DNA of 55,274 bases, counting the filler, from Sphacelaria rigidula (lineage: Eukaryota), in the NCBI GenBank assembly GCA_964200075.2. It is 5 parts of 5 records of this genome, joined end to end, with 100 filler letters (N's around TTAATTAATTAA, not from the genome) between each part and the next. Parts side by side here need not be neighbours in the genome. Positions count along the whole stretch, not along the records: positions 44,301 to 55,274 come from CAXNAA020005599.1; 4 more parts are not named here. One strand, 5' to 3'. This document shows positions 46,131 through 55,274 of this stretch, piece by piece. The position numbers and the translations under genes are program-made. The notes beneath the pieces were generated by a model that had not been told where the DNA came from, searched no databases, and saw only the letters and a list, made by a program, of their open reading frames with translations. Numbering within the stretch: the first letter of the stretch is position 1; each line of letters begins with the position of its first letter.

Positions 46131-47765
46131 ACAAGGCCATACACAACGCACAGCAGATGGACGACTGATTTTATGTGCCGAGAAATTGGTTATCAAAGTG
46201 CCCCACGTCACCCACTTCCGCCGCCCACGGCAATCCGATCACGGAAAAGCCGAGAAGCGAAAAAGTCTCTCGAACAGTTTGGCCCGCCCAATCTGCAGAA
46301 AAAAATACAGGAACATACAATCAACGGTCATGATGTTACTGTAGAAGATCCCCCAGTAGTGACATGCGTTTCAGAAGAAGTTACACCGCACGGCTCCAAA
46401 CGGAAAGCCTCGAGGCATTAAACATGGCGTATATTGCAGCACAGGCACCCGAAGACATCAAGGCCTGCGGTTGAGCGCTCAGCCGGAGCGATATCAGTGA
46501 AGACATGTTTATTGGCGGTGATCTTCGACGACATGATGGTAATGCGACTGACGCCGCAACGCTCAACTAGAGTAGCGTCGCAGCCATATAATATATATAT
46601 ATATATCGACATTGTGATGTTTCGAGGACCTCATTTTTTTTATTGAACAGTGGATAATTGCCAGCAGCAATCCACCTGCAGATTTTCATACTGGCCTTCA
46701 CTTGGTTGCCATAGCACACTACCCTCGGATGCACGGGGCACGTTCGCGCCATGGCGCGTCACGTGATGAACTCCAACAAAACAAGATACTGCAGAAAGTA
46801 GGCGAGTTGGGTAGTGGTGGGGAGATAGAGAGGTAGGTGTGGCCAACGGCAAGAAAGGTGCCGACGGCCAGAAACGACAATGAATGGGGACTGAAGACAG
46901 CACGAACAACTTCCCGCGAAGTCCGCGGGAAGAAAGCGGAAGAAAGACATGTAGTGATCACAAAGAAAGTTCCTGGATGGAAAGCTGCGCTGTCGTGCAT
47001 CGTAGTGCGGGTAAATTCTGCGCTGTTGTGCATTGCAAAATGACACCTGTGTGCAGGGAAGCCTTTGAAACAGAATATTAATGCCTGAGAAGAACAAGGT
47101 TTTTGGCGCTTCGCGCCACCGCTCGATGGAGCGTTACTCAAGGCAAAGGACAATGTGGAATGTTCGGCTCTGAGTATATGATTTAGAAAAAATATCGAAA
47201 TGTAGAGAGAAAAATGATGTTCGAAAGGGGATAAGCCCTTGTGGTGTGGGCTGGCGATCGCATGCACGACTTTGCCATTCGGGTTATTCATAGGTCATGA
47301 TAAAACTGTACTGAAGAACACTCCTCACTATCCCTCAATTATCGACGAGAAGACAACACAGAGAATGAAGAACTCAACTGCGCAGAACTAATAGTTATAT
47401 CAGTCAAAAACTGTCAATGCGAAAACCTCACAGAAGGTACTGAATCTGTACTGCTCATATTGCAGGGATAGGTGCGAGACTGGTGTAAAAGCTAGACGGC
47501 AGATTCGCCACCGCGCATCTGTCAGGTCTGGGTGTGTATTTCATATCTAACTCCACGGGCGCGTTGTTTTTTTTTTACAAATCTACTGCGGAAAGAGGGG
47601 ATAAGCGAAAAAGTCTTGAGAATAGTTTCGCCCGTCAATTTACAATTGTATAGAGGTATCTCAAACTCGAGGTTCCCGGTATATTCGACAGTAATATATT
47701 TCGGGAAAATTGAAAGGACCCGCACGTACGGTGAATGATGTAATATTATTACTGTACTGTCTATT

Positions 47766-48030
47766 AATCTCGGAGCGATCTAGGATTATTTCTCACACAA
47801 TGCCCAACAGTGGAGAACAACAATGTCATGGGTACGCAAAATTCGACGCCGTGGTCGATGAGAGAAAGATACTGCTGAACTCCTCTCGCGATAAAAAATA
47901 AAGGCAAGCACCGCAGAAGGAGGGTGGAGCACTAAAACAAACAAAATGAAAAAAAAAAAACTCCTGTGTGACCCCGGCTGGTGCCCCCACACCAACCCAA
48001 AGAAAAACACCGGCGTCCAGAATAAATGGG
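47766..48030 (+). mobile_element. SINE family 2, 5'-truncated copy
   Basis: aatctcggagcgatct-ggatt...tctcacacaatgcccaacagtggaga...aaggcaagcaccgcagaa...tgtgtgaccccggctggtgc equals the reverse complement of 43860-44145. Confidence 0.85.
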
Positions 48031-50558
48031 GCGCCAACACACCCTGTCTACTATACGAACCCCGACGGCAACGTACAACTTGTAGTGGTATACATTCCCG
48101 GAGGAAGCCAGATCGATGTAATGCAACCACGACAGTTTGGAGACGACTCAAATCGTATGGCTCCAAACGAAAAATAACTGGGCGAAAAAAGTGAGTGTTC
48201 ATTCGAACACATCGTGGCACATATCGCTCTACACTGACGTGTTCTGTACTTACTGTGTACTGTAGAACTCCACTCCATTCATCCTACCGTACGACTCGTC
48301 TGGCGCGAAAGGGGGTGAAACGACTTGGAACGTCACTGATACCGACTGGTGAAGAGTAAGTCATCGATGACGGAGAAACAGGATGTGATGAATTCCGGAA
48401 ACGTGATATTCTGGTCGGAAAGTCACGAGCGCAAAAGGGGGGTCAAATGGCTGGAAATGTCACTGCTGGTACCACTGATTCCGCGCGTTTAATCCCTGGA
48501 CCGCGATGCAGGTAGTCCATCTGGATCATGTATATTTTTCCAAGTGAAGTTGATGCCGATTCAGCAGGTGACCTACCCTCGCGGTCAAAGGTTTAGAAAG
48601 TGAAAAGTGGAACGTGAGGAGCAGCTCACTGGCATGAAGGAGAGGCAAAACGGCTCGGGGAATCACTTGTCCCAGAGTAAATTCCGCCGACAAATGGCAA
48701 TTCCGGCGTAGGGAAACGGGAAATTCCCAGAAAAAAAGACGGGAGAGCAGAAACGGAAGCATGAAATACTGGCAGCTGGTGCGTCGAGTGCGGAGGAATG
48801 CTGCGCTGTCAGGCATCGTCACTGTCACACCTGTGTGCAAGAAGAGCGTTTGCCGAGGAACACAGTGTATATGTACATCCATCATTTCACATTTCCCACC
48901 ACTTTTGTCGAATTTTCTCTGGCGGCAAGGCATATATCCCGCGCTTTCTTTTGCAATGCACGAAGAAGGCGCAGCGGTACATTTTCTTTCAGGTTGGGGT
49001 GTCATCTGATACCTGTGGCGCGAAAGTCGCCCACACTGGCTCTTTTTCGCGGGGTGTCGATCCTGAACCACAGAAGCCCTCTCAAGTTCGTGGAACACTT
49101 CAAGCAGCAGGATAATTGTTGGCGGGGTATTTTCCCCCCGTGTTCCCTTTGCCGGGTTCTCGTTCGTTTGGGAGCACGAGCATACCGGTTATGCCGTCAA
49201 TGTCACGAGAATATGAGAGCAATGCAGTTGAAAACAATTGATCATGGCCTTGGCCTTCATCAGCAGCAAACACCAGACCGTCCGATGAGCCGTTGATGAG
49301 TTGAACAAGGCACACACGTACGCAAACGTCCCCACTGTGGGTCATGTGTGTAGGACCAGCAAAGGGGGGTGCCAAAATCCCTGTGATCATGCAACCCGTA
49401 ACAGAGAGCTCTCGCACAGGATACACCTGTGAAGTACAGGCGCAGGGATGTCCTTGTGGCAGAGATGACAATGAGAATCATAGGAGTACGCACCTCGTGT
49501 ATCTTTCGACGGCTTAGTACTGTATTTTCAGTAGAAGTCAAGCGTTATTTTGCTTGTGGATTTCTCCGCCGTGTCTGAACGGACCAGTCTGAAAATTGGC
49601 ACAGAGATGGACTACAACACAGACAGCATGTTTACGGATCGGCGGCACGTTATACGTTGTGCGCCAGACGCACGAAGCGAATATGGAGTTTGTGCAATGC
49701 CATCGATACGCCCTCAAAACGAAGTCCACTCGGCCCAGACTGTTTGAGACATCAGTGAACGCACATGTGGACACGCAGATGCGCTCACTTCAACATCATG
49801 ACCTGCTGAGTGGCTCTTGCCCCGGCAAATAAGCATCGATCTATATTGGGCGCACTCTGGATGATATGTCATCCTACGCGGTACCTATCTTGGTATCACC
49901 TGTAGAGGTACTCACTTCATAAGGCACGGTCGTGCAAGCGTTGTCAGTGTTTTTACGCGCAATGTATATTATGTACATGTATCATTTCGCATTTTCCACC
50001 ACTTTTGCCGAGTTTCCTCTGGCGGCAAGGCATTTTTCCCTACGCCTCCTTTTGCAGCGCACTGAAAAGGCTTAGCGGTACATTACCGTTCAGGTTTGGG
50101 CGTCATCTGATACCTGTGGCGCGTGTCCTGGCCACCGAAAGTCGGGCAAACTGACCCTTTTTCGCGGGGTGTCAATCCCAAACCACAAAAGCCTCTTCAA
50201 GATCGTGGAAAGCTTGACAAAATATATTTTCGACTTGCGTCACCCCCGGGAGGCCCGTACCAACCTCCCGGAGGGTAACCTTGTATAAGTAATATAATAT
50301 AAATAGTAGAGAGGCTGTTTCACACCCATGAAAAGCAGTCTAGTGGATATACCCTGCACCACCCCTCCTCGAACGAACGGCACACCCACGTGTAGCATGC
50401 ACCGGACAAACCGTACTCTACGGAAATATGACACCCCAATGTCACCGCAGCCAGTGCAACCGCGCAGATCTACGTGACCGTACGTGTTGCTGCTGATTCC
50501 CTCTAGTGTATGGCATGTTTTTCGATTTCATTCTTCGACTGGCGCATTCGTTTGACAG

Positions 50559-51495
50559 GGCAACTCTTCGGTTTTGGCTGCGGTCTACGGCCCCGCCCCC
50601 GCCAAAGTGCAACGGATGGAAAAGCTAGATCGCGCAACGGTAGAGGTAGACTTCAAGCCCGAGAGCGGGATACGGGCACCGGCTGAGGCCGAGCGAGAGA
50701 TGCTCCTGAGGAGATCGCTGGAAGAAGTTGTGTTACTGGCCAGATATCCCAGATGTATAGTGTCGGTTGTTATTCAGGTGTGTGTGATGTGTGTCACTGG
50801 CTTTGTGTTGGTGATAATATCGTATGCTCCGCATGTGTCATATGAGCTGGCGCTCGAGTGACTGTAAATGCGAATATTGTTTCGAACACGGACAAGTTGT
50901 GCTGCTGACGACATGCCCCTGATGTCTCTGACTTGCGCTGATTATTGGGTGGCTGTTGTGACAATGCTCGTCAAACCAGCCATTTACACCAATTTTATCA
51001 TTTGCAGGTGAGAGCTGATGAATCAGTATTAAGCACTGCTCGCTCTTCGTGCTCTGTATCTCTACTTCGGCCCGCCCATCGAGAAAATCTTCGCAGGTGA
51101 TCGTAGACGACGGGTCAGTATTAAGTGCAGCGCTCAACGCGGCGTCTATGGCCCTTCTCAACGCGGGGGTCGAAATGACTGGGATCGCCCTATCCGTCAC
51201 GTGCTGCATCACGAACACACTGTCGCCAAGCAACGACCAAAATAACAACAGCAATGCACGTGGTGTGATTCTCGATCCCACCAAAGTAGAAGAAGAAGAA
51301 TCAGCCGCCGTGGCTGTGATAGCTACTCTTGCCGCGGGGGGTGGGGTGCTGTCTTGCCGCGCGGTGGGCGCGATGGGACGAGAGGAGTACTTCGCTTGCT
51401 GTGAGGCCGCCGCGCTAGGCACGACCGCCGTACGGTCGTTTGTTCGGCTGTCCATGGAGCAGAAGGTTCTCCGAGAAGCAGAAACTGTCCGGTGA
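50559..51495 (+). CDS. RRP46: Exosome complex component RRP46 (EXOSC5, RNase PH-fold), last two exons
   Basis: Exons 50559-50777 and 51097-51495 (stop), both phase 0: GNSSVLAAVYGP...DRATVEVDFKPESG...EREMLLRRSLEEVVLLARYPRCIVSVVIQVIVDDGSVLSAALNAASMALLNAGVEM...ILDPTKVEEE. The first exon (RADGSA-type motif) was not located. Confidence 0.9.
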
Positions 51496-51897
51496 TTCGG
51501 CAGATGATGACCACCACCGTCCCGGTGTCCAATGTCGGGCGCGAGGCAAGGGGTCGGTGGAGAGCATCCAGGCTGTGTGTTACGTCTCTCTTTGTTGTAT
51601 TACGTGCGCGTGCGCTACTAAGCTCTACAGCTATTCCAGAGGCAGAGATCGAGCGACAGAGTTATTAGTAGTGTGGGCTTTGGAATGACGCTGGCCTCGC
51701 TGAGACACGTCATGTGCGTATATGCTGTTGGCGCAGGAGTGTGAATTTCGATTCTCTATATCCCAATGCATGTTCATTCCAAGTTTGTACATGATCGCCG
51801 CACCCTGATGGTCTGAGGTGAAATGGAACACCGATGACCTGTTACCGCGGAATGTGCGGGTTCAAATCCGCACATACACGGTCTCTTCGAGCAGAAT

Positions 51898-52089
51898 ATG
51901 GATTATATTCTTCAAAGCGTGGGGACGCACGCAGCAAAGCAAATATCGTCGAAAGTTGATGGGGTGCGCGAGAGCGCTGATCGAAACCTGAATATCAAGG
52001 AGGCAGGTGCCGGGGGAGAGATGGGTTCACCACTTGAGACTACAGACCCGCCCCAGGGAAGGGCAGATGTGAATGCCCGAAGTCCCGAG
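51898..52089 (+). CDS. Possible first exon of an unidentified gene
   Basis: ATG-initiated, protein-like MDYILQSVGTHAAKQISSKVDGVRE..., 400 bp after the RRP46 stop. The donor is weak and I could not join it in phase to the candidate exon at 52405-52516. Confidence 0.25.
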
Positions 52090-53204
52090 GTCTTTCTGTT
52101 CTAAGAATCCGGCTTAACAGTCCCGCAGACATTCCAAATATGGCAGTCGTAATACGTTGGTCTTTTTTGGCCGCTGGGTGCTATATTTTGGGCAGAAATG
52201 CAATCTTCGGCGGACAAGTGTAGTAGTCCATGTCCGCGGTTGAGTGGGCGGGTTGGAGGTTTTTGGGGTGTCTGTATCACACAACATAGCACTCGCAACA
52301 CCTACGTATCCTGCGGAGATTGCTGTATTTTTGTTCGCGCTGTACTGTTGTTCTGTACTGTGCGGACTATGGTGCGGACTGATGTGTGCGGCAATGGCCC
52401 GGCAGGAGTAGAACCCCTTCTTCATATCTTTCATCAGCTTAAGTATTCCGAGCCCCTCCAAATAGCCAGGTCAACAAAAGACCACCTGCACTATTGGGTG
52501 CCAGAAAAGTCGGGAGGTATGTTTGGACAAGAAAAACAACAGGATGCATACCGCGGCTTCTACACCTGGGGCCATAAGCAAGGTTGATACGAGGTGAAAC
52601 ATGTAAAGGATCTTCGAAGTTCGGTAAAATATGTTGGAGTGGGGAGAGAGAGAGATGTACCGACATGGTGATGTAAGGCGTGGCTGTCTGGGTTGTGTCC
52701 ATGTTATTTGATAGCTGGGCACTTGCCGCGCCGCGCTGGCTTGTACGTGCGCAGGGGGAGGGGGGGGCACTCATTTGTTGTTTGCCTTATTCGTGTGGCC
52801 ATTGGCCACGGATCCCTTTCGAGACGGGGCCGGGGCCGGGGGGGACGGATAGGCAATAATACTCTCGTCGGCGTTCACCAATAACCCTTGCGACTATCCT
52901 GTGTTCATATCACTCAGAGCTGTTTTGTTTAACCTTCTCTCCGTCCCATCTCTTGACTGTGAACGTCCGCAAGCCTTCGGTCTCAATTTCATGGCAACCG
53001 ATGTTGCCTGGCCCGCCCTGGGAGTACACACGGCATTCGGGCCGTCGGACGAGGCCCAACGAGCCGAAATTTCATGTGCATATATACCCGCTTTGAGACC
53101 AGAGTCTGAGCCTCACAGAGCTTTACACAAGATTTCTTGGCCGGCCGAAAACACAACAAGACGTTTGACGACGACATTGTTCGGAATAGGGAAGGACTAC
53201 AAGC

Positions 53205-53637
53205 AAGCCGATCATCGAAGTTGAGGATGGACCTTTTCACTGAGGATGATAGCCCGGAAAGTTATATCCTTTGCATTCACACCAATTCTTCCAGATATGG
53301 TTTCACTCCTTCATCTGCTGGTAGCTTTTGACAACTACTACACGCCATAAAAAACTAGATTCTGATTACCAAAATTTGGGGGTCCTAGAGGGAAAAAAAT
53401 CTGAGTTATTCAGGTGATCCGGCCGGATCACCAAAATTCCCGAGAGTTTTTTTCGTAGGACCCCAATTTTCAGCCATGGGAATCTAAATGTTAACGGCGT
53501 GTAGTGGTTGTCAATATATACCAGTAGATGGGGGAATGGAACCATATTTCGAAGAGTTGGCATGGATGCGAAGATCTCGATTTTTCGGGTCATCATCTTC
53601 AATGAAAAGTTCCACCCCCAATTTCGATAATCGGCTG
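53205..53637. mobile_element. Spacer-less palindromic MITE (~430 bp)
   Basis: The arms pair from agccgat-atcgaa-ttg to caa-ttcgat-atcggct and meet at the perfect 20-bp palindrome GGTGATCCGGCCGGATCACC (53413-53432). Confidence 0.85.
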
Positions 53638-53994
53638 TTCAAAGAAACCGATGGGGGACCTATGATGGCGTGTCCGCAGCAGATTCTACAGTACTAGAAA
53701 GCTACTAGGAGAGCTCACCAGGTCTGATCAAGGGTGGAATTATTTGTGAAATTTTGTTACCCCCATGATCTGCAATGACGCGTTCCCTACCCGAATTAAG
53801 AACCGGGATTAGTGGAGCCCAGTGCTGTTGGTGCGATGTTCGCAGCACTGCAGCTGTCAGCAGCAATGGCGGAATAAGCACGTTCACAGAACGGTGGAGT
53901 GTTTGACATTGACCACCCGGCGTGCAGCTGCAACCATTGACGTCTCGGTTGACACTTGATCCCGTGCTGTTACTGCAGTTTGTTTTATGTCTTA

Positions 53995-54273
53995 CTTCTA
54001 ACCCCTCCCCTTCCTCGAGAAGAATCCGTGGTCTCAAGGGATCAACCCATCTCTCCCCCGATAGACGGCTTACATTTCGGTGTCGCGGATCGAGTCAGCC
54101 TCCCCACATCGCGTCGCCTATCGTCGAATAAACCCAGCCTAACAAATTCTCGTTGCCACTCACATCCTCATGTTTGCAACGACTGAGATCAGATACCTCG
54201 AGGAAAAACACCGAAGTAGACGCGCTGACGGAAAACGCCTATTGGTGTCAGTAGTACCATCAGGCCGCCGGGT
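53995..54273 (-). mobile_element. SINE family 1, third copy
   Basis: aacccctccccttcctcg...tccgtggtctcaagggatcaacccatctct matches 16122-16177. Confidence 0.7.
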
Positions 54274-55274
54274 CGCGGCGGTAGTGCCCCAGCCCATCAT
54301 TCTACCCACCCAGACCCGCGGTTGAAGGATATAAGCTGACGGTAAAAGATTATACTCGATTTGGGTGTCAAGAGTTGCGCTGTATGGGAGGTGTTCGATG
54401 TTTCTAGAAACAGGGATGAACACAATCCGTTGTCGAAAATCAGATTTTCTCTTGCAGCACCGTGGTCTCGGACTGCCCTTTCAATATATATGTTGGATCA
54501 CAAACCTGTCTCAACTGACTTGTAGGGTCATTGCGCCTTAGCATACCTTATGAACCTTGCTCCATCGTATATGTGATGACTTTCCATTATCACCTACAGC
54601 GTCGTATTTCTGATTTCACTGCTAAACTGCAACCTTATTTTATAAGTGAGTAGACTCGAGACAACGTTTTCGTGAGATTGAGAGTAGAGCGCTGATCGAG
54701 AGGGGCTTTGATCACTCGCTTTAACTCAGCCAATCTTTCATTCCGCGTGTACTTTTCTTTGCCTCCATCACTTGCGTGAGCTCACAGCTACACGTCGATA
54801 TCCTACTCAGGGATATTACGGGCCTCAGTGACGAGCTACTACAGAAAGCATATTGGGCCTCGTGGAGGGGCATTTTGGAACTGAAACAATTCGTTCACTA
54901 ATTGACCGCTTTTCACTCTCATTCGTACCCTCTACTCTAAATTTCATGAAAGTACTGTTTCGAGAGGCGAGTCCTTACCGTTTACGGCAGCGCTATCCGT
55001 GTGCCGTGGGTCACGTAGATAAACACGGATTTGCACATCTTGCATGGCCCCGGAATGACAACATCGAACTCGCGACAAGGTAATCCGTCTAGTGCCGCAA
55101 CAAACCACTGTGATGACGTTAACCGCGTGGACACAACTTGAGGTTGAATCCAAGTTCTCGGAACGACGGCGGTGACGATAATATTACGAACGATTTCGCA
55201 CGAAACTGCCGACAACCGTCATGGTTCATCCCCCCCCCCGGGGACACACTGCCGCACACAACTATCAACAAACA

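Overview
This is eukaryotic nuclear DNA, most likely from a brown alga (Phaeophyceae). That is an inference from the short exons in long repeat-filled introns and the stramenopile-type Ty3 pol motifs. The window is not one locus. It is five contigs (1-10976, 11077-22051, 22152-33126, 33227-44200, 44301-55274; lengths 10976/10975/10975/10974/10974, i.e. sorted by size) joined by identical artificial 100-nt spacers (N44-TTAATTAATTAA-N44), so adjacency across spacers means nothing. Contig 1 is a nest of decayed Ty3/gypsy LTR retrotransposons plus a Mutator (MULE) remnant. Contig 2 holds one probable zinc-finger gene exon and a 1.7-kb foldback PIF/Harbinger-type element containing a nested SINE and MITE. 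Contig 3 carries five phase-consistent internal exons of Ku80 (+). Contig 4 carries four phase-consistent exons of an ALDH6/methylmalonate-semialdehyde dehydrogenase (-). Contig 5 carries the last two exons of exosome subunit RRP46 (+). The rest is MITEs (several families with 8-bp target duplications, Tourist-like and piggyBac-like), two tRNA-derived SINE families and dispersed repeats. I found no CRISPR array, rRNA or convincing tRNA gene, and no clear new multi-gene system. The most interesting items are transposon architectures and hairpins. All alignments were done by eye.
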